DNA of 64,000 nt from positions 1 through 64,000 of the IMG/VR virus record IMGVR_UViG_2852079565_000004. The stretch is one strand, 5' to 3'. This DNA is from a virus. Lineage: Duplodnaviria > Caudoviricetes. This document shows positions 1 through 10,541 of this stretch, piece after piece. The translations under genes were made by a program, and so were the position numbers. A model generated the notes under the pieces. It did no database searches and had not been told where the DNA came from. It worked only from the letters and a program-made list of their open reading frames with translations. How positions within the stretch are numbered: position 1 is the stretch's first letter; each line of letters starts with the position of its first letter.

Positions 1-483
1 ATGACAAAGAAAAAACCATATAAACCCGGTTCAGCAACAATTGCTATGAACAAGCGTGCTCGCCACGAATATTCTATCGAAGAGGAGTTCGAGGCGGGTC
101 TATCCCTACAAGGTTGGGAAGTCAAATCACTCCGTGCGGGCAAAGCCAACATTGGAGATAGCTACGTTCTTTTAAGGGACGGCGAAGCTTATTTATTCGG
201 TGCAAACTTCACACCGCTGACTGTTGCATCATCGCACGTTGTGTGCGACCCAACTCGTAGTCGAAAATTACTTTTAAATCAACGTGAATTAGATACACTC
301 TACGGTAAAGTTAACCGCGAAGGTTATACCGTTATTGCACTTTCTCTCTACTGGAAAAATGCATGGTGTAAAGTTAAAATCGGCGTTGCCAGAGGTAAAA
401 AATCTCACGATAAGCGTTCTGATATTAAAGAACGTGAATGGCAACTCGATAAAGCACGTATAATGAAACATTCTAACCGCTAA
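1..483 (+). CDS. smpB: SsrA-binding protein SmpB
   Basis: [21 protein letters not shown] and KGKK.HDKR-type motifs; directly upstream of tmRNA. Confidence 0.99.
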   Translation: MTKKKPYKPGSATIAMNKRARHEYSIEEEFEAGLSLQGWEVKSLRAGKANIGDSYVLLRDGEAYLFGANFTPLTVASSHVVCDPTRSRKLLLNQRELDTLYGKVNREGYTVIALSLYWKNAWCKVKIGVARGKKSHDKRSDIKEREWQLDKARIMKHSNR

Positions 484-531
484 CCTCTAGCTTTATAGAG
501 TATTTTTCTGTTATACTACGCTCAACAACTT

Positions 532-895
532 GGGGCTGATTCTGGATTCGACGGGATTTGCGAAACCCAAGGTGCATGCCGAGGGGCGGTTGGCCTCGTA
601 AAAAGCCGCAAAAAAATAGTCGCAAACGACGAAAACTACGCTTTAGCAGCTTAATAACCTGCTTAGAGCCCTCTCTCCCTAGCCTCCGCTCTTAGGACGG
701 GGATCAAGAGAGGTCAAACCCAAAAGAGATCGCGTGGATGCCTTGCCTGGGGTTGAAGCGTTAAACTTAATCAGGATAGTTTGTTGGTGGCGTGTCTGTC
801 CGCAGCTGGCAAATGAATTCAAAGACTAGACTAAGCATGTAGTACCGAGGATGTAGAAATTTCGGACGCGGGTTCAACTCCCGCCAGCTCCACCA
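532..895 (+). ncRNA. ssrA: tmRNA; tag peptide ANDENYALAA at 622-654
   Basis: Starts GGGGCTGATTCTGGATTCGAC, ends GGTTCAACTCCCGCCAGCTCCACCA; extended -10 TGtTATACT at 509-517. Confidence 0.99.
868..895 (+). repeat. attL core of prophage (28 bp)
   Basis: GCGGGTTCAACTCCCGCCAGCTCCACCA is repeated exactly at 47955-47982. Confidence 0.95.
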
Positions 896-1023
896 AATTT
901 GGTGGGTCAGTGATAGGACAACAGGTTTAAAAACAGGAAGTTAGCAAAATCAGTTGGACTACGCACTGACACAAATAGGACTACAAATGATACGCAAATC
1001 GTACGCGGATTATTAAGTTCACT

Positions 1024-1049
1024 AAAAGCCCACTTCGGTGGGCTTTTTT
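1024..1049 (+). terminator. Intrinsic terminator downstream of ssrA
   Basis: AAAAGCCCAC-TTCG-GTGGGCTTTTTT. Confidence 0.9.
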
Positions 1050-1126
1050 CTAATTACCACGATACAAAACTACGTAATCAATAAATCACAAAACCCAACG
1101 CTCTACATTCTACAAGGAAATGGATT

Positions 1127-2911
1127 ATGAATTTTGACGCAACCCCAGTTAACATAAATTCCATTCTATCAATCAAAAAGATTTACGTAATCCCAAGAAA
1201 CCAGCGGGATTTTAGTTGGGAAAAAGTTCAATTAGATGAGTTCTGGCAAGACATTATCAGGAATATCAAATTAAAGAATAAAGAATTTTCATTCAATGAG
1301 TATTTTATCGGAACAATAGTTCTCGCTGGGACAGATAGTGATAAAAGCCTAGAGATAGTCGATGGGCAACAGCGGCTATCTGTCATCACAATACTTCTAT
1401 CGTTAATTTCTAGAGAGTTTAGAAAAATCGGATTTACATCACTCGCTGATGACATTTACAAATCTTATATAGTTACTGTATCAAGCTCACTAAATAGAAA
1501 TTCTTTAGATTCTAATGGCCAATCATTAACAGAAAAAATTAAAAAAGATGCCTCAAAAGACTTCTTCAAAAAATCATTTCAAGGTGATGAGGATTGTTTG
1601 GATAAACCTAAAACAATAGAAGAACGAAAAATATCTTATGCGGGGTTATTTTTCAAAAAGCGCCTACAGAAAAGAATTTTATGCAAATTACTTTTGAAGA
1701 AAAGCAATCATACGTATGACAATAATGAATATGCGCAATGTCTAGATGCATTATATACGATGCTTACTGATTTTTTAAAAGTAGTTAAAATATCAGTAGA
1801 TTCTGAAGATGACGCATACGACATCTTTGAGGTATTAAATGCAAGAGGGATTAACTTAAGTTCAATAGATCTTATAAAAAATAAAGTTTTTCAGTCATGC
1901 ACATCCACCTTCCCAATCGATACAGCAAAGAAAAAATGGGATTATATAGTAAACAAGCTTGCTGAAACTGACTCCAACGAATCAATAACAACATACGTTA
2001 GATGCTGGTGGCTTTCCAAAATAGGCTATGTTGGAGATGAGCAATTATATAGATCATTCAAAAGAGCTACCTCTGATCAACCTGCACTTATTTCACCAAA
2101 AGATTTTTTAGACCAAATTCATGACGATATTGATTTATATGTACAAATAATATCACCGTCACATGAACATTGGCCACAATCCGATCAAATAGAAATATTT
2201 AGAGCTCTTAATGCATTAAATGTTTTTAATGTTAGTATACCAAGACCATTTATTTTATCTTTATTAAGATTAAGGCGTGATTTCCCAAGAAGAATGCCAC
2301 AAAAAGAACTTATTTCTATATTGAAAAAGATTGAAGATTTTCACTTTAAATTTAATGCTATATGTAAGCAACGCCCTTCAGGTATTGACTCAACCTATTC
2401 TGTACTTGCAATACAATTAAATTCTGTTGAAAACAAAAGGAATAGAGTTTCGTTAGTTCATGATTTAAATGAACTTCTTGAGAGGAAACTTCCTAATGAA
2501 AAACTTTTTTGTGCTGAATTAGAAAAAAGAATTTATTATTCCAATAAAAAAAGTCAGCAAGGGAAGCTTATAAGATATATTTTTGAAAAACTAGAAAGGA
2601 TTTTATCAAACAGTGATGAAATTAATACTGGACAATACTCTATAGAACATATACTACCGCAAAGCACAACTGGTAGTAAAAATATAGGGAGTCTTGGTAA
2701 CTTATTACCTTTAGGTTATGATATAAATGAAAGGTGTAGTAATAAAAAATTATCTGATAAATTTGAACTTTATAAAAAATCTAAAATGAATATTGTCAAA
2801 AGGTTTGTTAATGATATTGAGAAATCAGGTTGCTATGACTGGGATGATATCAAGATACAAGAAAGGACAAGAAATTTATCTGCATTAATATATTCCTTAT
2901 TTAAATCATAA
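1127..2911 (+). CDS. DUF262 + DUF1524 (HNH) protein, GmrSD-like type IV restriction/defence nuclease
   Basis: IP..QR.FSW, DGQQR and FE.LN.RG motifs; C-terminal EHILPQ...GNL..L...N; AT-rich moron opposite to phage late genes. Confidence 0.85.
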   Translation: MNFDATPVNINSILSIKKIYVIPRNQRDFSWEKVQLDEFWQDIIRNIKLKNKEFSFNEYFIGTIVLAGTDSDKSLEIVDGQQRLSVITILLSLISREFRKIGFTSLADDIYKSYIVTVSSSLNRNSLDSNGQSLTEKIKKDASKDFFKKSFQGDEDCLDKPKTIEERKISYAGLFFKKRLQKRILCKLLLKKSNHTYDNNEYAQCLDALYTMLTDFLKVVKISVDSEDDAYDIFEVLNARGINLSSIDLIKNKVFQSCTSTFPIDTAKKKWDYIVNKLAETDSNESITTYVRCWWLSKIGYVGDEQLYRSFKRATSDQPALISPKDFLDQIHDDIDLYVQIISPSHEHWPQSDQIEIFRALNALNVFNVSIPRPFILSLLRLRRDFPRRMPQKELISILKKIEDFHFKFNAICKQRPSGIDSTYSVLAIQLNSVENKRNRVSLVHDLNELLERKLPNEKLFCAELEKRIYYSNKKSQQGKLIRYIFEKLERILSNSDEINTGQYSIEHILPQSTTGSKNIGSLGNLLPLGYDINERCSNKKLSDKFELYKKSKMNIVKRFVNDIEKSGCYDWDDIKIQERTRNLSALIYSLFKS

Positions 2912-2920
2912 TAATTAATT

Positions 2921-2945
2921 AAAAGCCGCAATAATGCGGCTTTTT
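2921..2945. terminator. Bidirectional terminator
   Basis: AAAAGCCGCA-ATAA-TGCGGCTTTTT between convergent genes. Confidence 0.85.
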
Positions 2946-2953
2946 GTCCCTAA

Positions 2954-4450
2954 TTACGGCAATACACTATTATCATCAAGACCATATTGTTTACGTTCCG
3001 CAGCTTCCTGCTCAACCCTTTCCGCTTCCTCTGCTGCACGTTTAGCTTCTTCTTGCGCTAATCGCTCTGCTTCTAGCTTAGCGAGTCTCTCAGCTTCAGC
3101 TTGCTTTTGATTGTAGGTGGAGTTAGGTGGCATTTCGACACGCATGTCTATCCAGCGCGATTCAGGTACGTCACAAGGCTCGTAGTTTTCGAAGTAAACA
3201 GGCACACCTTCTTCATCAAAGTGCTTAATGCGCTTGTTCTGGAAACGTTCTGGCATATCTGTGTTCTGTTGGTGGAAAACAAAAACTTCAATGTCACCAT
3301 CTGGTCTCACCTCGTAATCAATGAGGACCATGTTTTTACCGTTATGGTCTTGAGGAATGACAAAGCCGTTATTGATACCCCATGCACCATCTGCATTAAA
3401 GCCTACAACGCCTTTAATGAGGTAATGGCCAACACCAAGGTGCTCCATTTCAACGCCTTCAGATTCGTCGTTTAACTCAATGTCATCAGCGAAGAGCTTT
3501 ATTACTGGCGATGCTGCTTTTAAGTTGCCGTTTGAATCTTTAGTTGTGTTTGCTGTTGTGTACGCGCTGAAATAACTTCCCCACACCCCACCTGATTTAA
3601 TTCTATATGTAACCTCTTTATTATGTGCTGTAATAATAAACGCTTCACTCGCTGACCTTGCTGCATGCATTAAAGCGCCATAAAGTGGATTACCACTACC
3701 TGTTTGTGGTGGTGCGTTAACGTGAGCCCCACCACCTACGCCAGAATAGAAGCCTGATTTCTCTATTTTATCGTAGTCGCCCCCGGGAATGCCAACACCG
3801 AAACCACCAATGCCTAAATCACCAACTTGCATTAATGTTCCTGCTGTTTCAGGAATTGCATGGTCAAACCACGTTCCGTTTTTATTCCTCGACCTTATTT
3901 TTGCTATATCGCCTCTACTATCTAACTGTGCACCTACTCCACCAGCAGTATGCGCCGTTACTTGCCCACCAGATGTTTGAATTGCACCTGTAGCCGAAAG
4001 ACCTCCCTCAACTGAACCACCTGTTTTATCAAACTTCCCATCTAGCTGCTTATCCATTTCTGCAACCGTACGAAGCGTGATTTTCTGGCCAGTCGGCAAT
4101 TCAACATCAATGGTACCCTGAGCCGTCATCCACTGATTTAAAATTTCTGTGTAGACTTCACTCGCAATAACCTGCGCTGTCGCTTTGTTAACGCCATCTG
4201 AAATGGAATCAATCATCGTTGTTAGAATGATATATTTCGCATTAGTCAGCTTTGCTGAAACAGGAAAGGCCAACGTTAAGGCTGTGTTACTTTCAATGGA
4301 ATAAATGCTATTAATGAGCAAGTTGGAACCATTTTCAATCAGCACAACTTGACCCACTGAAATAAGCGTTGTGTTATCTTTCCAGCGTGTGCCTGTCCCT
4401 GTTATTTTTGGACTATTCGCTGTGGTGCTGACGGTACCGATATTATACAT
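2954..4450 (-). CDS. Side tail fibre protein
   Basis: MY..GTVS...NS..ITGTGT.W N-terminus, KAASPV.KLF C-terminal domain; last gene of tail operon. Confidence 0.85.
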   Translation of the reverse strand: MYNIGTVSTTANSPKITGTGTRWKDNTTLISVGQVVLIENGSNLLINSIYSIESNTALTLAFPVSAKLTNAKYIILTTMIDSISDGVNKATAQVIASEVYTEILNQWMTAQGTIDVELPTGQKITLRTVAEMDKQLDGKFDKTGGSVEGGLSATGAIQTSGGQVTAHTAGGVGAQLDSRGDIAKIRSRNKNGTWFDHAIPETAGTLMQVGDLGIGGFGVGIPGGDYDKIEKSGFYSGVGGGAHVNAPPQTGSGNPLYGALMHAARSASEAFIITAHNKEVTYRIKSGGVWGSYFSAYTTANTTKDSNGNLKAASPVIKLFADDIELNDESEGVEMEHLGVGHYLIKGVVGFNADGAWGINNGFVIPQDHNGKNMVLIDYEVRPDGDIEVFVFHQQNTDMPERFQNKRIKHFDEEGVPVYFENYEPCDVPESRWIDMRVEMPPNSTYNQKQAEAERLAKLEAERLAQEEAKRAAEEAERVEQEAAERKQYGLDDNSVLP

Positions 4451-4517
4451 AGGATTGATTCTCCGAAATTTAGATACAAAAAAACCGCATTTAAGCGGCC
4501 TATAGGTATTCGTTTAC

Positions 4518-4673
4518 TTACTTCATACAGTGATGTTGCTTGAATTCGTTTGTGTCAGATTGTGTGACCACAAACAGCCCTTCACAGACTTCGTGCGTGA
4601 CTGTTACGGGTGATTTGCACGCAGCAATAAGCACGACGATCCCTGCGAATATCGCATATTTAATTTTTTTCAT
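4518..4673 (-). CDS. Small lipoprotein (51 aa) at cor-like position
   Basis: MKKIK + hydrophobic stretch + LIAAC lipobox; start reassigned to ATG 4673. Confidence 0.7.
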   Translation of the reverse strand: MKKIKYAIFAGIVVLIAACKSPVTVTHEVCEGLFVVTQSDTNEFKQHHCMK

Positions 4674-4681
4674 CTGGTTAC

Positions 4682-5770
4682 CTATGGAAAAGGAAAGTAA
4701 TCTGCAGCGTCTAGAAAAATAGCGGGTGTTGCGGTTCGGGCTATCGTTTGATTGCCATGATAGCCTCGTTGCTGAGAGGTACTGGTTTGAAATAAACTGA
4801 TTTGAGACTCTCCTAAATTCCCGATATTTAGGTCTCGCCACCAACCTAAACCGCCATCACTGCTGAATATCTCCCCGACCTTTGTCGGTGTGTACATGGG
4901 TCGACGAATGGAATCTACGTTAATACCCGAGCCTAGCGGTATTTGATTGCCCGGAATGGTAATAGGCCGTGTCATTACACCCATTTGAGAGTTAAATGTG
5001 ACTTTCCCTTCAAGGTTGCGGATTTTTAAGCCAAAGCCGGGTGTATCCAGTTGGGCGGGCTGCACATTCGTAAAAGCAACAACCCAATACCACGCGGGTG
5101 AATAGGCGGTAATATTGGTGCTGTTTCGATTTCGACTAACATAACGCCACCATTTTAACGTCTCCCAGCTTTGGACGTTCGAAGGCTCTAAGCGAATAAA
5201 GGACTTATTATCATCGGTATAAAAGAAAAATACCGCATTCTCAATCGTTAAGCCTGGGAAGGTCTCTCCGATGTTAAATCCCTCTGTAATATAGACCTTT
5301 GCTTTGTGAGTCGCGTAGGCATAACCAAGAGGTGGTGTATTTTCCAGAAAGATAGAGCTCCCCATCACTTTTAACCCAAAACCACGAGTAACCTTTTGGG
5401 ATTCAATAGTTGGAAATGCAATAATTTTCACATAGTTTAAGTCATAATCCATCATTCCCATCACTGTGACTTTTCTACCATTTGAGCTATACGCAATTTT
5501 ATCCTTTGTGCCTGATACATAGCGCCTATCGCCACTTTGCGTAAACGTCACCTCTGCTGCACTCAAAGAAACCACTTGGAACCCATACCCTTCTGGAATT
5601 TCATTGGGACAATTCCATTTGTATGTTAGCCAACCACCATCTGGAGATAGTCCATCGCTTCTTTTGACATAACGAGTCCAAAGGTTTGTCGCAGGGGCAG
5701 TGTGCTCATTAAACACAAACTCACTGCCGTCTAAATTGCGGATCTTTAGACCGAATAACCTATCAATCAT
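4682..5770 (-). CDS. Tail-associated protein (DUF6453-like)
   Basis: Repeated FGLKIRNL(D/E)G / FGLKV motifs; coupled to the J stop. Confidence 0.7.
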   Translation of the reverse strand: MIDRLFGLKIRNLDGSEFVFNEHTAPATNLWTRYVKRSDGLSPDGGWLTYKWNCPNEIPEGYGFQVVSLSAAEVTFTQSGDRRYVSGTKDKIAYSSNGRKVTVMGMMDYDLNYVKIIAFPTIESQKVTRGFGLKVMGSSIFLENTPPLGYAYATHKAKVYITEGFNIGETFPGLTIENAVFFFYTDDNKSFIRLEPSNVQSWETLKWWRYVSRNRNSTNITAYSPAWYWVVAFTNVQPAQLDTPGFGLKIRNLEGKVTFNSQMGVMTRPITIPGNQIPLGSGINVDSIRRPMYTPTKVGEIFSSDGGLGWWRDLNIGNLGESQISLFQTSTSQQRGYHGNQTIARTATPAIFLDAADYFPFP

Positions 5771-8700
5771 AAGAACCATCCTTGCTCCATAATATACACC
5801 CCTTTATATTTGAAGTAGTTACCTTTACTGTTTCGGATAACTGAGTAATCACCATCATTACTGTTTGTTTCAAATACACCGTTTTGCATATCGATACGCA
5901 TACCCGATTTACCCGGCACATAGTCAGGTGAGCGCATATCCGTTTGCACAACAATACTGCCTATCACCGCTTTATTGATAAACGCTTCATTAATAACAAC
6001 TTGCCCATTAACAACCATAAATGCGGGTTCCAACTTGCCGCTGGAGGGATTGAAAATACCAAATGTGTCAGCACTGAAACCAATTTGCGTCGTCACTTTT
6101 CCATTTTTGACAATAGCGCCAATCATCATTTGTGCTTCATAGTACTGACCATTGAGCATAACCGCTGATTTGATGCTAAATACCGATGATGCATTTCCCT
6201 TATGATCAACTGAGGTCTCCGCCCGTTTTTCAATTTCCGCTTTAGTGTCCTTAAGTTCGGAATGAATTAACTCATTAGCTGCCGCTTGAGCCTTTTCATT
6301 GTCTGAAATCGCTTTTTCAATACGAGTAAAGCGAGCATTGCTTTGTTCGTACTGTGCATTCAACTGGATAAATTTTTCAGCATGGGCTTTTTCATTGGTA
6401 GCAATCAGCTTATTAGTTTCAATGATGCTAGCCTTAATTACCCTTGCATCATTGCCTTGCTTCATATTTTGCACAGCAAGCTGTAAGAGCGTTTCCGCTT
6501 GGGAAGACTCTTTGTCTGTTTCTGTTTTCTGCATATGAGCAATATCAGCTTCATTCCCCTCAAAGCGACTACTTGTTTTCTCCTCGTTTTCTGCAATGGT
6601 TTTATTAGTGTCAGCTATCGCATTGGTGTTTTTAGTTACCGCTGAACTGACGTTAGAAAGATCTTTACCTTGCTTATCAATGACCTTTCCTTGCTCATCG
6701 ATTTGCTGACCTTTCTCATCAATGTTTTTCTGTAACTCCGCACGGGTTTGCTCGGTGTGCTGGGTTTGGGCCTTGTCTTTTTCAGCGATTGACTCTGTGA
6801 CGCGAACAAATGCCGCTTCCGTTTCTTCATTCAAAGCGGAAACTTTTTCGGATAACTTCGCTTGGGCTTTTTCCAGCGTGGCTGTTACATCTTCCGTACG
6901 CTCAACTTGCGCCTTGATTTTGCGATTATCGTTACGGACTTTACTTACTTCCGCTGTAGTTTGAGATGTCGACTCCGCTTGTGATAATGCTTGATCCGCT
7001 TGGGTTTTGCGTACCTGTGCAAAGTTAGCATGCATTTCTTCATAGATACTTTGCTGATTTTCTTTCGTTTCTGTTGTTGTTTCTTCCAAATTAGCAATAG
7101 CCGTTTTTTGAGAATCAACAACACTACTTACATCCGACAACTCGCGCCCTTGTTTATCAATATCCCCCTTCAGTTTGTCATCACCCGCTTTAATATCCGC
7201 AGTGAGCTGCTCTCGGGTTTGGGTGAGTGCCTTGTCTTGTTCAACCTGAACTTTCTTGATATCAGTGATATTTGCCGCAGTATCATCAATATGCGCTTTA
7301 AGTTGAACACCCGTTTCCGCTATCGCTTTGTCTGCCGTCGCTATCGCTTTTTCATTCCGTAAAATGCTGGCTTCAGAGGTTCGCAAGCGGTCAGTCATCT
7401 TGCTAAAGCTAGCAATGGTCTGCATTGCTGTTTCGGCTTGGGCGATTTCCTTGTTAGTGTTCGCAATTTCCATGCGAGTGATCGCGCCGTAAATATCGCC
7501 AAACTCTGCAATTGTGGTTTGCTTGAGCTCGGCCTGTGCTTTTTCCAGTGTCGCAGTGGTTTTCTCAACCGTTGTGATACGTCCTTTGGCTGCGTCAACT
7601 TCCGCTGTTACTTGGTTGATTTTCTCCGCAGTGGCTTCTTCAAGCGTGACTTGAGCATGTTCAACGCGAAGAATCGCAGAAGTGTTGTAATCCACTCTGG
7701 CACTGATTTGCTCTTGAAAACGCGCTGCTGCAGCATCTTGCTGTGCATTAACTTCTTCAAGTCGGAATATTTTCCCTTCGGTTCTGACTGTCTCGCGCTT
7801 GAATTCATAACTCAATTTCGTTGCATAAATTTGATTTTGCAATGCTGTTTCATTAACGATTGCTAAATCGGTATTAAGATTTAATACCTTGTTATCAAGT
7901 TCAATTGTCTTGCTATCAACATCAACGATGTCATGTTTGATATTGACTTGCTCTTCTTCAATATCCTCAATTCGAGACTCCATTCGCTGGCCAGCTTCAT
8001 TGCTGAGGAAGTTTTCACCCGCAACAGTCAGTATCCCTTCAACATCTGCCGAAGACTCACCTAACGCCAGCCCTGTCCATTCTGACTGGTTACCGCTTTT
8101 ATCTACCAACCTTGCACGAAAGTAGAAGCGCGTGCCCGCTTTAAGGCCAGACATGCGATAAGATTTAAGTGGGTATGGCACATCCGCCAGCAACTGCATA
8201 GAATCAGCTTTGTTTTCGAGGGAATACTGCAGCTCTGTTTTAAGAGAATCGCTGGTATTTACATCAAAGCCCCAGTCCAATGTAATGCCCCAAACCTCTG
8301 ATGTTGCACGCAAGTTAAGTGGCTTCGGTGGATTACCTTCTTTACCGTTGAGCTGAGTTTCTTCTGCACTGGCCCACACGCTGGAAATCTCAGACGCATT
8401 AATCGCCCGTACGCGAACTTGATAACGCCCAGCATAAATACCATTAACCTCAAAACCCAGCGTTGATGTACGCGGGGCATTTATCCAGTTACCGTTATCT
8501 CGACGCCATTCAGCTTCATACGCAATCGCACTTTCAGCAGCTTCCCAATCAACACGCAATGTGGTGAATGCAATACCTTGGTCTACTTGAGAATAGGAGG
8601 AAATACGCACGTTTTTAGGCGCTGGCTGCACATTTGGCGGAATAACCGTAATGGGCCGTTCATCAATACGCGCCCCTGAATCAATGTGATCATAATTGTC

Positions 8701-10482
8701 AGGGTTATGAATGGTACCGTTAATGGTGTAGGTATTATCAGCATTGTCACTGATATTAATGACCCGATACAATTGAACGGCTAAGTCGTCAGAATCCACG
8801 ACCCAGACGGCTTCTTTTTGCGGTACCTGCGAATATTCAACAGAAACCGTCACCACCTTTTTATTTACGGCTGTAACTGTTCGCCCCTCAGAGCCGCCAC
8901 TCGGTAAATTCACGATTAAGCGATCACCGGCTTTAATTGAGGTCGTTCTATCGAGGGTAATTTTACGACCCTCTACGGATGAAATGCGGCCCCCCGTATT
9001 GCGCCCCGCAAGGGATGAGTCAGCAACAGCAATAATATGACCAGGAGAAGGTATTGCGCCCTCTAACCCCGTTGCAAAGGAAATCATGCGGTCATTGGCA
9101 TTGGTTAATAATGCCCAGCGTCCACGGCGATTGGCTTCGCTTCGACGGGTACACCCAATAGCGGATAACTCCACCTTACGCACAGTCTTGTAACGTCGCT
9201 GAAGCTTTAAATCGACTACGGGCTCAATATCATCATTGCTGTGGTTATTAATATCCGTAAAAGAAACCAGTGCTTGTGTATAGCGGTTCTGAGTACTGCC
9301 ACCTGAATAAGAGGGTTTACCACCGACAATATTCGCATTGGTAAAAGTACGGAAAATACTGGCAGGCATATCAGCAACCGCTTTGACTTTATTGTCTGCC
9401 CAGAACGTCATACCACGGAAAATTGCGGCGATATCACGCAGGACGGTATAAGCCGACTCTTGCGATTGAATATACACATCACACAAGAAGCGGGGCTCTT
9501 TACCGTCACCACCATGTCCATCTGGGACTAATTCGTCACAATATTGTGCAATTTTATACAAATCCCATTTATCAATTTGTGACGCCTTGATACGGTCACC
9601 ACAGCCGTAACGGTTATTTAATACTAAGTCATAAAATACCCATGCTGGGTTATTCGTTGCGGCCAGTTTAAACGTTCCATCCCACCCCCCCGAATATGTT
9701 CGATTAATGGGGTCATAGTTTGCTGGTACCTTAATCAACAAGCCCCCTTTTGGGCGCACGCTGACTTTAGGGATGCGGTTATTAAATTGACGGGCATTAA
9801 AGGTAATAAATAACAGGGCTGTATTTGGGTACCGCAATTTGGCGTCAATTACTTCCGCAATCGCAGCAATATTAATCCGATCCGCAATGCGTGCATTATT
9901 CTGGTTTTTCGTTAAACGACGAACACGGACTTGCCAACCTGTAGAAGCTTTCGGTAAATCAATACGATGTGTTCTTGGGTACTCGCTGGTGGTCTTACCG
10001 TCAAAGGCAGATTTAACCACGTCCTTATAGCCAGCACCATCCGTGGAAAGCTCAATGACATAATCGACACGGTAACCTGTGGTGTCGCCGTTATCGTGCT
10101 GTTGGAGAAATTGAGGCGCAGACAAACGAATGCGGATCGCCGATAACTGGGTATTATTAACCGTTCTTACATATGGCTGATCGTCTTTTAACTCCATCCC
10201 CACCGCAATTTCATTATCAACGGAAGGGATGCCTTGAATATATTCCTGATGTTCACTACCAGAACGAAATTCCCACGTCACACCTTCAAAGTTTTTAGAA
10301 CCATCAGCATTACCGATTGGGGTATCATCAAGAAAAATACACGTATCATCTAACCCACCAGCAATTTCCCCTTCAGAAATAGCAAGCAGTAACTTTGCCG
10401 TTGATTCTGCTAATAGGCTGTCTTTTTGCTCTACGGGTGTCCGAGGTTTGGAACTCCCACCTTTCGCGCCTTGAATTCTCAT
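5767..10482 (-). CDS. Tail tip / host specificity protein J (central fibre), 1571 aa
   Basis: GAKGG N-terminus, NNPAW, FN3-like domains, long coiled coil, DUF1983-like C-terminus. Confidence 0.95.
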   Translation of the reverse strand: MRIQGAKGGSSKPRTPVEQKDSLLAESTAKLLLAISEGEIAGGLDDTCIFLDDTPIGNADGSKNFEGVTWEFRSGSEHQEYIQGIPSVDNEIAVGMELKDDQPYVRTVNNTQLSAIRIRLSAPQFLQQHDNGDTTGYRVDYVIELSTDGAGYKDVVKSAFDGKTTSEYPRTHRIDLPKASTGWQVRVRRLTKNQNNARIADRINIAAIAEVIDAKLRYPNTALLFITFNARQFNNRIPKVSVRPKGGLLIKVPANYDPINRTYSGGWDGTFKLAATNNPAWVFYDLVLNNRYGCGDRIKASQIDKWDLYKIAQYCDELVPDGHGGDGKEPRFLCDVYIQSQESAYTVLRDIAAIFRGMTFWADNKVKAVADMPASIFRTFTNANIVGGKPSYSGGSTQNRYTQALVSFTDINNHSNDDIEPVVDLKLQRRYKTVRKVELSAIGCTRRSEANRRGRWALLTNANDRMISFATGLEGAIPSPGHIIAVADSSLAGRNTGGRISSVEGRKITLDRTTSIKAGDRLIVNLPSGGSEGRTVTAVNKKVVTVSVEYSQVPQKEAVWVVDSDDLAVQLYRVINISDNADNTYTINGTIHNPDNYDHIDSGARIDERPITVIPPNVQPAPKNVRISSYSQVDQGIAFTTLRVDWEAAESAIAYEAEWRRDNGNWINAPRTSTLGFEVNGIYAGRYQVRVRAINASEISSVWASAEETQLNGKEGNPPKPLNLRATSEVWGITLDWGFDVNTSDSLKTELQYSLENKADSMQLLADVPYPLKSYRMSGLKAGTRFYFRARLVDKSGNQSEWTGLALGESSADVEGILTVAGENFLSNEAGQRMESRIEDIEEEQVNIKHDIVDVDSKTIELDNKVLNLNTDLAIVNETALQNQIYATKLSYEFKRETVRTEGKIFRLEEVNAQQDAAAARFQEQISARVDYNTSAILRVEHAQVTLEEATAEKINQVTAEVDAAKGRITTVEKTTATLEKAQAELKQTTIAEFGDIYGAITRMEIANTNKEIAQAETAMQTIASFSKMTDRLRTSEASILRNEKAIATADKAIAETGVQLKAHIDDTAANITDIKKVQVEQDKALTQTREQLTADIKAGDDKLKGDIDKQGRELSDVSSVVDSQKTAIANLEETTTETKENQQSIYEEMHANFAQVRKTQADQALSQAESTSQTTAEVSKVRNDNRKIKAQVERTEDVTATLEKAQAKLSEKVSALNEETEAAFVRVTESIAEKDKAQTQHTEQTRAELQKNIDEKGQQIDEQGKVIDKQGKDLSNVSSAVTKNTNAIADTNKTIAENEEKTSSRFEGNEADIAHMQKTETDKESSQAETLLQLAVQNMKQGNDARVIKASIIETNKLIATNEKAHAEKFIQLNAQYEQSNARFTRIEKAISDNEKAQAAANELIHSELKDTKAEIEKRAETSVDHKGNASSVFSIKSAVMLNGQYYEAQMMIGAIVKNGKVTTQIGFSADTFGIFNPSSGKLEPAFMVVNGQVVINEAFINKAVIGSIVVQTDMRSPDYVPGKSGMRIDMQNGVFETNSNDGDYSVIRNSKGNYFKYKGVYIMEQGWFL

Positions 10483-10541
10483 ATTTCACCCATAAAAAAA
10501 CGGCAATTAAGCCGCTATTTAACATAGAAAGTTGATGTGAT

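Noticed and set aside
2954-4450. Invertible tail-fibre cassette
   Set aside because: Single fibre gene, no adjacent invertase or alternative C-termini; the only serine recombinase is over 50 kb away in another element.
4674-4844. 108-aa version of the lipoprotein ORF
   Set aside because: The extension overlaps the upstream gene; the signal peptide begins at ATG 4673.
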